Virus record (IMG/VR): IMGVR_UViG_3300023256_000008
Location: 1-42,202 of that record
Direction: 5' to 3' (one strand)
Length of the DNA: 42,202 nucleotides
From: a virus
Lineage: Duplodnaviria > Caudoviricetes
Shown here one piece after another: positions 9,536-19,027 of the stretch. Each line of letters begins with the position of its first letter. The stretch's first letter is position 1. The position numbers and the translations under genes are program-made. The notes below the pieces were generated by a model. That model was given only the letters and a program-made list of their open reading frames with translations. It ran no database searches and was not told the origin of the DNA.

Positions 9536-10576
9536 CTAATACTCATTATCCAGTATATTTAGGAAATTTGCCCCAATTAATTGAGCAGTTTGTTTTCCAA
9601 CATTCTTATTTATTAATTTTCTGTCTTTCTTGACAAGTACATTTAATGCATCACTACCATTTTCTTCAATGTAATCTTTCATAACATCAGCAATAAATTC
9701 TTTGTTAAGTAAACCAAAATCTTTGTTTGTAATTTCTCCAATGTGAGATAAAACGTTACGTAATCTATTTTCAGTAACATACATGCTGATTTCTTCAACG
9801 ATAGGTTTGATTGCTTCATTGACTTCTTTTAATTGCTTTTTGGGTGCTTTGGTTTTTTCTTCCCATTTTTTATTTTTATTCTTAAATGCAACTCTAGATT
9901 TATCTCTAAAGTATAAATCTTCTACTGGCATAAATACATAACCTTCCATAATATTATCTTCTATTGGTGGAAGATCGAAATCCTTATATACTTCACTCAG
10001 CTCATCATTAGGTAAAGCTATCATTTCATCAAATGTACCAATAAATAAAACTTTTGGAGTTTTAAGTTTAGATTTTGTATATGTTAAACTTTCTATTAAT
10101 TCTGTCCAAGTAACGTGCCTATTTTTTGTATTATCGTCAAATATTAAAAGTATATCATAAATATATAATTCATTATGAGGGCAATAATATATGCCTTTTT
10201 GTACTTTTTTTCCACACTTATCATTTGATACATCTGGATGTGGATAAGTTCCACCAAACAGTTCACCAAATATAGCGATTTGATTAAGATTGGGATGTAT
10301 ATTTTTAAAGTATTTATATAGCTTTCTAGCATCTTCGGAATATTTTTCCATTATTAGTTCATAATTAAAAAAGAATTCATCTTTTTCGATAAAACTGGTT
10401 CTCTTTGCTGGTTTAATTTCGTCTTTATCAACCCACACAGAAAAATTTCCGCCATGAATTTTCTCAGTTGCAACCCATTTAATATCTGGCGCATCATATT
10501 CATGTTCCCTTACCATGTTGATAAATTTTTCTCTATAACTATTTTCTATACTTCTATACTTGATAAATCTTAACAT
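9536..10576 (-). CDS. RNA ligase, Rnl2 family
   Basis: EKIHGGNFS (motif I), FGELFGG, YDI, EGYV, FKNKN plus Rnl2-like C-domain. Confidence 0.9.
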   Translation of the reverse strand: MLRFIKYRSIENSYREKFINMVREHEYDAPDIKWVATEKIHGGNFSVWVDKDEIKPAKRTSFIEKDEFFFNYELIMEKYSEDARKLYKYFKNIHPNLNQIAIFGELFGGTYPHPDVSNDKCGKKVQKGIYYCPHNELYIYDILLIFDDNTKNRHVTWTELIESLTYTKSKLKTPKVLFIGTFDEMIALPNDELSEVYKDFDLPPIEDNIMEGYVFMPVEDLYFRDKSRVAFKNKNKKWEEKTKAPKKQLKEVNEAIKPIVEEISMYVTENRLRNVLSHIGEITNKDFGLLNKEFIADVMKDYIEENGSDALNVLVKKDRKLINKNVGKQTAQLIGANFLNILDNEY

Positions 10577-10705
10577 TGTGACTCCTATTTGTCTATTTTA
10601 TTATATCCAAAGCCTAGTTCTTTTGCAGTTTGGATAATTGCATCTTTCCAAGGTTTGCCACTATACCTTTGCCTTTGGCATAGCGTACCTAACATTATGT
10701 GCGCC

Positions 10706-11323
10706 TTAGTTTGTAAATTGTTTTTTAAAACTTTGGTAAGACTCTTCTGATATTTCAATCTCCTTTTTGTCTAATACGATAATTCTTGCTTTTGTGAATA
10801 TAGATTTATTCACATATCTTAATGACAACTCATTTCGCTTTACAGCTTCCAAACAAATCTCAGATGTTTGTTCTTTTACATATCTTAATGAATATCCATT
10901 TTGTTTTACAGCTTCTAAACAAATCTCAGATGTTTGTTCTTTTACATACCTTAATGAGTATCCATTTTGTTTTACGGCTTCCAGACAAATCTCCGATGTT
11001 TGTTCTTTTACATATTGTAGTGAGTCTCCATTTCGTTTTACAGCTTCCAAGCAAATCTCAGATGTTTGTTCTTTTACATATTGTAATGAATCTCCATCTT
11101 GTTTTACAGCTTCCAGACAAATCTCAGATGTTTGGTCTTTTACATATTGTAGTAAATACCCATCTTGTTTTACAGCTTCCAAGCAAATCTCAGATGTTTG
11201 GTCTTTTACATATTGTAGTAAATCTCCATCTTGTTTTACAGCTTCCAAAGCCTCTTTGCCGTCATAATCAATAATACCACTTTCTTCTCCATTTACTTTT
11301 TTCAAAAATTCTTTTAATGTCAT
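10706..11323 (-). CDS. DUF4116-like repeat protein
   Basis: Tandem 22-aa (66-bp) repeats EICLEAVKQNGxxLxYVKEQTS; start placed at ATG after AGGGG RBS. Confidence 0.8.
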   Translation of the reverse strand: MTLKEFLKKVNGEESGIIDYDGKEALEAVKQDGDLLQYVKDQTSEICLEAVKQDGYLLQYVKDQTSEICLEAVKQDGDSLQYVKEQTSEICLEAVKRNGDSLQYVKEQTSEICLEAVKQNGYSLRYVKEQTSEICLEAVKQNGYSLRYVKEQTSEICLEAVKRNELSLRYVNKSIFTKARIIVLDKKEIEISEESYQSFKKQFTN

Positions 11324-11337
11324 CTTATCCCCCTTTA

Positions 11338-11406
11338 TTTTTTTTATCTCTTTCACTCTCTCACTTACATTACTATAATATTCTTATTGATGGTTTTGTC
11401 AAGTTT
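11338..11406 (-). repeat. Repeated ~70-bp promoter/leader module
   Basis: Near-identical copies at 12473-12539, 15283-15343, 28692-28759. Confidence 0.85.
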
Positions 11407-11603
11407 ATTTTAATCTTCTTTCTTCACGCTTGAAATGCAACCATAAATACATTTTATTTATTCTGCCCCTTCTGTTTCTACACTCTTCAATACTAAATTT
11501 CCAACTTCGCCTAATGAGCCAAATGCATCGTCGAAATTACTTGATAAAAATTGTTCTGGACTCATTTCTAATTTGATTGTAACTACTACTTTTTTATTTT
11601 CCA

Positions 11604-11822
11604 TTACTTGTTCTCCTTATTTTTGGAATCATTAATCTCAATTTCGTCACTTATTTCTTGAAATATTTCTGCAACCTCAATTTCTTCTTGGGTTACTTTT
11701 TCATTATGAGATTTTTTTACTTTTGGCCATTTTGCCATTATCTTAAGAAATCTTTTTTGATTTGGATTTAAATTATCAAGAATTAATAGATTCTCAATAT
11801 CTTCTCTTTTTATTTTTTTCAT
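11604..11822 (-). CDS. Hypothetical protein
   Basis: TAATG coupling on both sides. Confidence 0.6.
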   Translation of the reverse strand: MKKIKREDIENLLILDNLNPNQKRFLKIMAKWPKVKKSHNEKVTQEEIEVAEIFQEISDEIEINDSKNKENK

Positions 11823-12448
11823 TATATCTCTCTTATTTTGACTGGAAGAATTGCATATGCGTTTTTGTCATATGATTTTAATATATCTTTTGCTTTAAGC
11901 AAAGTAAACTTTTTTGCAAAATTATCAAATGCGCTCATGTGCAAACTTCTTTTGGTTGATTTTGAAACATATGCGTTATGCTCTTTATTGAAAATAACAA
12001 ATTTTTTCTTGTCGAGTTTCATATTAATTACTTCTTGCACAAACTCTTCTTTAAGTTTTGCAACACCATCAAGCATTTTTTCATCTTTCAAAACTTCGAT
12101 TATTTTGACAATATTTTTGTAATTCCAATGAGTTTCTGGTGTAGCCTCATAAGTTGCAAGTGTTTCTTTTGGAGTCTTTGGTAAATCACTTGCGTCATAG
12201 GCACTCAACCCAGTTAATTCTTTCATCAGTTTATCATACTTATACGCCAGATTTTCAATAGCAATATTTTTATCACTTCTTGTTTTGAATTGAATGTTTC
12301 CGCCAAATATTTCTTTGATTACTTCACTAATTGGAAAATATCTTGACCAATAATTTGAACGTGGCATAACATTATTGTCTCCGCCTTTAACTTTACAGGT
12401 TAACTCTTTCTTGTTGATTGAAATAGCATTTGCACAAAAATAACTCAT
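11822..12448 (-). CDS. Hypothetical protein
   Basis: 208 aa, GAGGAG RBS after promoter module. Confidence 0.75.
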   Translation of the reverse strand: MSYFCANAISINKKELTCKVKGGDNNVMPRSNYWSRYFPISEVIKEIFGGNIQFKTRSDKNIAIENLAYKYDKLMKELTGLSAYDASDLPKTPKETLATYEATPETHWNYKNIVKIIEVLKDEKMLDGVAKLKEEFVQEVINMKLDKKKFVIFNKEHNAYVSKSTKRSLHMSAFDNFAKKFTLLKAKDILKSYDKNAYAILPVKIREI

Positions 12449-12709
12449 ATTAATCTCCTCTTTATTTCTTTATTTTTTATCTCTTTCACTCTCTCACTTA
12501 CATTACTATAGTATTCTTATTGGTGGTTTTGTCAAGTTTTTTAATCTGATTGCGAATGGTTTGCAAATGCATTCAAAACTTTACTTATTTACAACATTCA
12601 GGTATTAAAATAAACTAATCTTAAAGTATTGTAAGTTTTTTATTTCATTCCAATCTCCTTTATTTATAATACAACAAATGCTATTCCAACTACTAACAAA
12701 GCAAAATCT

Positions 12710-12844
12710 GGTAAAACTGGAAAGAAAAGCCGTATTGATTCTCTCGAAATACATCATAAAGACAGAAACACAAACAATAATGACCCAAAAAATCTTATAG
12801 TTTTAACAGTAAAAGAACACGATGATTTACACAGCCGTGACTAA
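12710..12844 (+). pseudogene. HNH endonuclease remnant
   Basis: EIHHKDRNTNNNDPKNLIVLTVKEHDDLH on the plus strand; no in-frame start found. Confidence 0.7.
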
Positions 12845-13084
12845 TTTCATGTTCTGAATGCTAATAATTGACCCAGTAGGTATTAACATGATATTTCTAT
12901 AATCTCCCTCATCGTTATACTCTTCTGCAATAATTGTGGTTATATCATCTTTTTCAAGTAAATATCCTAATGTTGTAAATAAACACATTTTGACTTTCTC
13001 GCATTCGTCTTTTGTATATGTTCCAGTGTATAATCTTGCATCATGCCAGACAATGCAAACTGGTTTATATTGATTTTTATTCAT
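12827..13084 (-). CDS. Hypothetical protein
   Basis: AGGAG RBS; IVWHDA motif. Confidence 0.65.
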   Translation of the reverse strand: MNKNQYKPVCIVWHDARLYTGTYTKDECEKVKMCLFTTLGYLLEKDDITTIIAEEYNDEGDYRNIMLIPTGSIISIQNMKLVTAV

Positions 13085-13100
13085 CTTGTGTCTCCTTTAT

Positions 13101-13646
13101 TTATAATACAACAAATGCTATTCCAACTATTAACAAAACAAAATCTTGCCAAACAGCCCTTGGAACAATAATCCAACCGTTAAGAACATCCCAACTTGAT
13201 TTCTGTGGCCATAAATCATTATAAGATATATGATTAAATACTCTTTCATAAAAGAATATTCCAGCCATCGTTGCCCCCATATAATCAAACAATAATCCTT
13301 GTAATGCATAACCCTGATGTGCCAACCAAACATACATTATAACAGAACCAAACATTCCAACATTCTCGCCCATAACTCGCCATGTATGGTAACACCACCT
13401 GCCCTGAGCGGTTTTGAATAATGGGCTGTCGTGAATTCCAGGTCTTATAATATAATTGCCATGTCGCCTTTCGCTAGTTGACCACGTATATCCTTCAGTT
13501 GCACCTTCACCTACCCAATACCACATTGTGAACATTATTGCCGATGCTACTGGAGATAATCATGTAACTCCTACAGCAATACAAATAAGTGCAATCTCTA
13601 TCCAATGATTTACGACTCAATTTCCAATATCTTTAATCCATTTCAT
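13101..13646 (-). CDS. Trp-rich membrane protein; needs TGA=Trp x2
   Basis: AGGAG RBS before ATG 13646; MKWIKDIGN[W]VVNHWIEIALICIAVGVT[W]LSPVASAI runs in frame into the tracked ORF; 181 aa. Confidence 0.75.
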
Positions 13647-13669
13647 CTTGTGTCTCCTTATATTTTCCT

Positions 13670-14038
13670 TTATTTAACTATGATTGTACAACCAATTTCT
13701 TCGAATCTTTTCTTTAGTCTATTGGCTTCATCTAAATTACAGCCTGTTGATAACGCAAGATTTTTCGCTTCAACTAAATCTTTTGTTTCTTTAAGCATTG
13801 TGCCTAATATAGTTCTTGCTTCTTTAATAACTCTGATTTTCTTTGTTGGTATAAAATCAGTCATTATAACGTCAAATTCTGTTTGTGCTTCTTCTTTTAC
13901 AACTTTCTGAACAATAATAGCTTCTGGTGGCCTCGCTACAATATCGAACTCCTTTTCAAGTGCCGAAGTCGTTTCGTTAAATTCCCACACTGACATTGTT
14001 TTGATAATGTCTAATACTTGTTTAATTTTCTCGCTCAT
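13670..14038 (-). CDS. rplL: Ribosomal protein bL12 (L7/L12) homologue
   Basis: IKTMSVWE..LEKEFDI N-domain; EEAQTEFDV, KIRVIKEAR, LKETKDLVE C-domain. Confidence 0.85.
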   Translation of the reverse strand: MSEKIKQVLDIIKTMSVWEFNETTSALEKEFDIVARPPEAIIVQKVVKEEAQTEFDVIMTDFIPTKKIRVIKEARTILGTMLKETKDLVEAKNLALSTGCNLDEANRLKKRFEEIGCTIIVK

Positions 14039-14185
14039 TTTATTCTCCTTTTATTATTTCAAACATTCGACACTTTTTACTCTTTGGTGTCGAATGTTGG
14101 GCTTTATCTTTTTATTCTTTTATCAAATTATTATTTTATCTGTCAAGATATTTTGGTGGAATACAATCCGCTATAATCTTCTAAC

Positions 14186-14410
14186 TTAATATTTATTATA
14201 TTTTTTAACTGATGTCTCAATTATACGTGCTACCTTTTTTACTTTTAATTTCTCGCCAGTTATTTCGACCCTAATCGTCTCTCTTAAAAATCCTTTGTCT
14301 ATATCTAATATAACTTCAACGTCATTCAAAAAGCAAACATTTTTTATAAATATTGGGAACTTTGCCCATCGTGAACATTTTATACAACTTTTTGCTATTA
14401 TTTGCGCCAT
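14186..14410 (-). CDS. Hypothetical protein
   Basis: ORF with RBS. Confidence 0.6.
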   Translation of the reverse strand: MAQIIAKSCIKCSRWAKFPIFIKNVCFLNDVEVILDIDKGFLRETIRVEITGEKLKVKKVARIIETSVKKYNKY

Positions 14411-14423
14411 AATTTGCCATCCT

Positions 14424-14666
14424 TTATTTTTCGCTACTCGTCTTCGTTTGATTAGCCTTCATACGTGCTTCTATTTCTTCAATTGCAACAAATTTATACA
14501 TTTTTTTCATTATCGTGTATTGGCATCTTCCTTTTATTGTGTCTGCTTCGTCGTAAAATTCTTTTTCAGTTTTAAATACATGTGCATCGATTATTGTTAC
14601 ATAATTAAGTTTTTTATTAAAATACCAGCCTGAGCAATCTGAATGTTCAATAACAAAATTTTTCAT
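14424..14666 (-). CDS. Hypothetical protein
   Basis: Start moved to ATG after AGGAG. Confidence 0.6.
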   Translation of the reverse strand: MKNFVIEHSDCSGWYFNKKLNYVTIIDAHVFKTEKEFYDEADTIKGRCQYTIMKKMYKFVAIEEIEARMKANQTKTSSEK

Positions 14667-14667
14667 T

Positions 14668-14826
14668 TTATCTCCTTTTATCGTCAATGAATTTCTTTCC
14701 TTCTTCTTCATCTTTTACGGGTATTAACATTCCATGTCCAACAACATATAATCCGTCTGATTTGGTTACTGTTCTATATTCACCAGAGGTATCAAATTCC
14801 ATTCCGTCTGAAAACTTCAAACTCAT
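14668..14826 (-). CDS. Small hypothetical protein (52 aa, not in ORF track)
   Basis: MSLKFSDGMEFDTSGEY...; GAGGAGG RBS, ATGA overlap with upstream stop. Confidence 0.65.
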   Translation of the reverse strand: MSLKFSDGMEFDTSGEYRTVTKSDGLYVVGHGMLIPVKDEEEGKKFIDDKRR

Positions 14827-15074
14827 GCCTCCTCCTCTTCATCTTCGCCGTAATCTCTAATGGCGTTTGCAAGTGACATTATAGATTGATTATATCGGTT
14901 TTGATTTTCAATTGACTCATTAAGATGTTCAAAAACATATGCGTCTGCATTGCCAATCATTACGCCTTTATGATTAAACTCTCTAACAATTTCACGTGCC
15001 TCGTCAACGAGGTTTTGCATTTCTTCGGCTATTTCTTCTAATCTGTCTACCGCTTCTCCTTGTAACATTTTCAT
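14823..15074 (-). CDS. Acidic hypothetical protein
   Basis: ORF with RBS, TGA stop. Confidence 0.7.
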   Translation of the reverse strand: MKMLQGEAVDRLEEIAEEMQNLVDEAREIVREFNHKGVMIGNADAYVFEHLNESIENQNRYNQSIMSLANAIRDYGEDEEEEA

Positions 15075-15076
15075 AA

Positions 15077-15265
15077 TTATTCTCCCTCTATTTCTTCACC
15101 ATAACAGCTACAACTTTCACCTTCTATAACGTCAAAACCGCAAATAGGACATTCAGTAATACTAACCCATTCGCCATCAATAAATTCTTTGCTATCATTT
15201 GGACATCCAACCTCATGGATAAAAATGCCATTAACAACCATGGCTTCGCATTGGTTACATTTCAT
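15077..15265 (-). CDS. Small Cys-rich protein
   Basis: MKCNQC...HEVGC...CPICG. Confidence 0.65.
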   Translation of the reverse strand: MKCNQCEAMVVNGIFIHEVGCPNDSKEFIDGEWVSITECPICGFDVIEGESCSCYGEEIEGE

Positions 15266-15360
15266 AATTTGTCTCCCTTTTATTTTTTTTATCTCTTTCA
15301 CTTACATTACTATAGTATTCTTATTGGTGGTTTTGTCAAGTTTATTTTTTATTCTTAGGT

Positions 15361-15392
15361 AAAAAAAATGATGCACTTAAGAGTGCATCATT
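15361..15392 (-). terminator. Intrinsic terminator
   Basis: aatgatgcact/agtgcatcatt hairpin plus U run. Confidence 0.75.
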
Positions 15393-15416
15393 ATACTAAT
15401 CTTTTGAATGATTATT

Positions 15417-15653
15417 GGGCATTGCGAAAACTCAGTGATGGCCTGTAAAGCCTCTTGTAACCAAGTTTGCCGTTCATCTTACAAATTAGTGTTGAAAAAT
15501 AATATATTAGGCCTTCAGTTCTTGGCGACAGCCTTACATTGGGGTGGCATTTCATCCACTATTGTTTGTTAGGTTTCTCCTAACGCTATCCAAGATTAAC
15601 GATATTATTTTTTCTGTTGTTTGAAACGCAACGAGTATCCTACAAATTACCCC
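15417..15653 (-). ncRNA. Candidate structured ncRNA
   Basis: Non-coding with several complementary segments, followed by a terminator. Confidence 0.4.
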
Positions 15654-15668
15654 GTTATTTGTTTGTTT

Positions 15669-15704
15669 TGGAGCGGACGACCAGGTTCGAACTGGCGACC
15701 TCAC
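15669..15704 (-). pseudogene. 3' half of a disrupted tRNA-Gly
   Basis: TGAGGTC-GCCAG-TTCGAAC-CTGGT-CGTCCGC-TCCA. Confidence 0.8.
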
Positions 15705-15706
15705 TT

Positions 15707-16561
15707 CTATTGTGTAAATAGTTTCTTTTCTGTCCAAACTTCAAATAATATATTATTATTTTTACAATAATCTTTCATTATATTTATTTTTTTGTTATTG
15801 TTTCATATATTTAACAATCTTTTTGGCTTAATTTCTATTAATTTTTTTTTATTATTTTTATATATTACTAAAAAATCTGGTATAGTCGAATGGTTATTCT
15901 TGTCATATGGAATGTTAAATGGTTCATATTCGTATGAAAGAATGTTTTTATTATTTTCAATAATTTTAAATGCCTTTAATTCGTATGAACTTTTGTAATA
16001 CCATGTTTTATTATTTTTATTACTATAGAAATAACCGCTTACATAATTTTTATTTAGTGGCGGCTTTCCATACATTGGGTTGTTTTCGCCTTTGTTTTTT
16101 GACCATTTATTTTGTATATCATAGCATAATTTACAACAACATGTTTTTTTGGAATTTGATGTCTTGACTACAAATGGCGCATTACATACTTTACATTGTT
16201 TTATTTTTATTTTAGTAAATTTATAATTTTCTTTTGTTAAATATTTTTTGCCAGTATTTGCTTTTGTTATTTTTTGTATTGTCTCTTTTGAATGTTGTCT
16301 GCTGTTTGCACATTTTCTACTACAAAATTTTTTATATTTTCCTTTGTTAAGTTGGGTTTTAGTAAGTTCAACCATATATTCTTTATTGCATTTTTTACAA
16401 TTAAACTTATAAAATTTTCTTTCTTTTGTATTTTTTTTTGCTATTTTTTCATTTATTTTTTGTTTTGCGGGATTGCTTGGGCAGTTTCTAATATGGGCTC
16501 CAAATTGTTGAAGATTTTTAAATTTAATTTCTTTTTTACATCATTTACATATTCTTTTCAT
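15707..16561 (-). CDS. Homing endonuclease-like protein (Zn ribbons, NUMOD3, TnsA-like nuclease); needs TGA=Trp x2
   Basis: 284 aa; MKRICK[W]CKK; YKSSYE, IPDF, IEIKP then [W]NNNKK...YCKNNNILFEVWTEKKL. Confidence 0.8.
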
Positions 16562-16617
16562 TTTTATTCTCCTTACTACTATAAATATATAGCGGAGAAA
16601 AAAAATCGAAACTTTTT

Positions 16618-16691
16618 TGGAGCGGATTGGGGAAATCGAATCCCCATCTAATGAGTGGCACTCATTTATTCTACCATTAAAATAAACCCGC
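16618..16691 (-). tRNA. tRNA-Gly(GCC), divergent
   Basis: GCGGGTT/AATCCGC-TCCA; loop GTGCCAC. Confidence 0.75.
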
Positions 16692-16724
16692 AACGTTACG
16701 CTCTACCGATTGAGCTACACCCGC
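16690..16724 (-). pseudogene. 5' half of a disrupted tRNA-Gly(GCC)
   Basis: GCGGGTG-TAGCTCAATCGGTAGAGC-G-TAACG-TTGC, breaking inside the anticodon. Confidence 0.8.
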
Positions 16725-16734
16725 ATTTGCAACT

Positions 16735-17082
16735 TTATATTGAAAATATTATTACAAGTCCTGTTGCTATAATTGTCAATCAACTTCCCGCAACTACATC
16801 GCAACAACTATCAATAAATTTATATTGTAATCAGAATTTAATTTTTTCTTTACCTTCTTGTAAGTTCCATTGCTTAACTTCAAAACCTATAAGGATACCA
16901 ATATAAAATATAGATGCGCATATAAATAACCATCATTGCTTAAATATTAATGATGCTACTACACCAAAAATTATAAAAAATATTGAGAATGGCAATCCTA
17001 TTTTTGCATGTTCTGGTAAGGATGATACATTTTCAACACCAACCTTTGCTCATTTAACTATTGTCTTAATTCACTTAAACAT
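16735..17082 (-). CDS. Membrane protein (about 3 TM segments); needs TGA=Trp x5; not in ORF track
   Basis: 115 aa MFK[W]IKTIVK[W]AKV...FKQ[W]WLFI...KF[W]LQY...AGS[W]LTII, no TAA/TAG until the end. Confidence 0.75.
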
Positions 17083-17083
17083 T

Positions 17084-17224
17084 TTATTTCTTTGGCTCTG
17101 CCCAGTCTTTACCAAAACGTCCACCTGGTTTAATTTTTTTTATTCCGTCTGCGTCACATTTGCCCCATTCATTTCCTGTTTTTGCTCCGTCTCCATTTGG
17201 TCCTGTTCCGTCTCTTTTTGGCAT
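17084..17224 (-). CDS. DUF5320-like small protein (46 aa)
   Basis: MPKRDGTGPNGDGAKTG..WGKC; AGGAG RBS. Confidence 0.65.
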   Translation of the reverse strand: MPKRDGTGPNGDGAKTGNEWGKCDADGIKKIKPGGRFGKDWAEPKK

Positions 17225-17391
17225 AATAAATCTCCTTCTTTATGTATTTTTTTATATAATTTGTTTCTACTTCCTACTTTATGTATATAGTAAAATTTAT
17301 ACATTCCATAAGATTTAATTCCATTTTTTTTACTATATCGCTCACCATGTTTGAATCATGCTAATGTTTCTTTGCGTTTCATTATTCTTTA

Positions 17392-17697
17392 TTAAGGCAT
17401 TGCAAGATACGGTAATGTTTTTAAAACTTCAAAAGCTTCTGAAAATATATATGGTGTGGTTTTATATTTTCCATCTTCTTGTTTTAAACTTAAGTTATAG
17501 CAATGATCGTCTATTGATATTTGACATCGTCCGCCATGTTCATCAGCTAATGTTGCAATTGGATCGAAGAGTGCCCCATTTTCAAACATTGATATTTTGT
17601 CTGTCTCTACTTGTTTATACATAATTGTCTCCTTTATATTATTTACGACTTTTGCTATTGGTGTTAATCCCAGCTCTGAATAGAAATTCTTCAGCAT
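17392..17697 (-). CDS. Hypothetical protein (start may be the ATG near 17622)
   Basis: ORF track; internal AGGAG RBS. Confidence 0.6.
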   Translation of the reverse strand: MLKNFYSELGLTPIAKVVNNIKETIMYKQVETDKISMFENGALFDPIATLADEHGGRCQISIDDHCYNLSLKQEDGKYKTTPYIFSEAFEVLKTLPYLAMP

Positions 17698-17737
17698 TTT
17701 TCTTTGTTGAAATTATATTTCAAATATACTTCAATTT

Positions 17738-17980
17738 CTATTTTGCCAACCCTTGATAACGAGGAACCCAAATAGAATCCTGGTCTATAATTTTGGGGTT
17801 ACTATAATCTATAAAAATAAAATCTCTAATATCCCATTGCTCATAAATTTTTTTATAAGCTTTACCATTAGAAATAATATTTTTAGTTCTTCTTACTTTT
17901 TTATTTGCCTGTCTTTTAGCAAACTTAAGATGTTTTCTACCTTCGCTAAAATGTGGATACTTTTTAAAACTTCTACTCAT
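17738..17980 (-). CDS. Small basic protein
   Basis: MSRSFKK...KRQANKKVRR...YKKIY..WDI. Confidence 0.7.
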   Translation of the reverse strand: MSRSFKKYPHFSEGRKHLKFAKRQANKKVRRTKNIISNGKAYKKIYEQWDIRDFIFIDYSNPKIIDQDSIWVPRYQGLAK

Positions 17981-18043
17981 ACCTAAATCTCCTTTTTTAA
18001 GAATATTTAGAACATTGCACTTCTTCTAAAATTTATTTTCATT

Positions 18044-18238
18044 TTATTCTTCTGAATTTGATTTTTGTGGTAAATTATTCCACCATTTAATTGCATCATT
18101 GGCGTCTTCAAATCGACCTGACCTTATAAGACAAGATGTACATTGTATTACTGAATATTTGTCCAGCCCTACAATCCAACCATCCTCTTCGGTAATTTTA
18201 CATTCTTTCCCACAAAGTGGGCAATTATTTATTTTCAT
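18044..18238 (-). CDS. Lar-like zinc-ribbon protein
   Basis: CPLCG...CTSC...AIKWWN. Confidence 0.6.
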   Translation of the reverse strand: MKINNCPLCGKECKITEEDGWIVGLDKYSVIQCTSCLIRSGRFEDANDAIKWWNNLPQKSNSEE

Positions 18239-18413
18239 ATCTTTCCTTCTTTATTATTATAGAACCACAAGATTTAATCTTAGTGTCAGACCAAAAATTA
18301 CCCATACATAATTGTGCGTGAATTAAGAAAAAATCTCCACCATAGTATTTTCTTCCAAATTTGAATTGGATTAAATTATACTTTAGTTCGAAATATTTAA
18401 GCATTTTTTTCAT
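18225..18413 (-). CDS. Hypothetical protein
   Basis: Start moved to ATG after AAGGAG. Confidence 0.55.
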   Translation of the reverse strand: MKKMLKYFELKYNLIQFKFGRKYYGGDFFLIHAQLCMGNFWSDTKIKSCGSIIIKKERYENK

Positions 18414-18432
18414 ACGTTTACTCCTTAGATTT

Positions 18433-18732
18433 TCATGGCGAATAAATAACATTCCCAACTTTACACCAACATTTTTTATTTTCTTCTTCGCTATATTGCC
18501 AGTTTACTTTGTGCCATTTTAATCGCCATCTAAAATTTTTAGTATGTTTCATTGCTTCATCACGTCCTTTCGCTGTATCATATTTTTTTATATGCGTATC
18601 TTGCTTGCCATGAAACCAATGATATTCTGTAATGTGAATTCCGAACAATTTCTTTTTCTTGCCACGTGGTTTAGTTTTCATTTTAAACCTTTGTGTGATG
18701 TCATATTCAAGTTCAATTCTACTTCTTTTCAT
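18433..18732 (-). CDS. Basic hypothetical protein
   Basis: ORF track. Confidence 0.55.
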   Translation of the reverse strand: MKRSRIELEYDITQRFKMKTKPRGKKKKLFGIHITEYHWFHGKQDTHIKKYDTAKGRDEAMKHTKNFRWRLKWHKVNWQYSEEENKKCWCKVGNVIYSP

Positions 18733-19003
18733 TAAACCACCCTGCTTTATTCAATGCTGATTTTTTAATTTTAGTTATTCTTGTTCTTTCTTTATAAGTT
18801 CTAAACGGAATATATAATTTTTCATAGCCGTTTAATTTTTCTATGTCTTCTACGGCTAAAGCAACATTGCCAATATATTCATCAACTTCATCAGATGGTG
18901 TGTTTCCAATGTTTACTTCAACAATTAATACTTTTTCATCATTATCTTTTAATGCTTCATTTATATTATTTATTACAACTTCTACTTTTGTTACTTTTTC
19001 CAT
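18719..19003 (-). CDS. Hypothetical protein
   Basis: ORF with RBS. Confidence 0.6.
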   Translation of the reverse strand: MEKVTKVEVVINNINEALKDNDEKVLIVEVNIGNTPSDEVDEYIGNVALAVEDIEKLNGYEKLYIPFRTYKERTRITKIKKSALNKAGWFNEKK

Positions 19004-19027
19004 AAAATTGCCTCTCTTTAATATTTT

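Noticed and set aside
10800-11250. 66-bp DNA repeats as a non-coding array
   Set aside because: They are the in-frame 22-aa repeats of the DUF4116-like protein.
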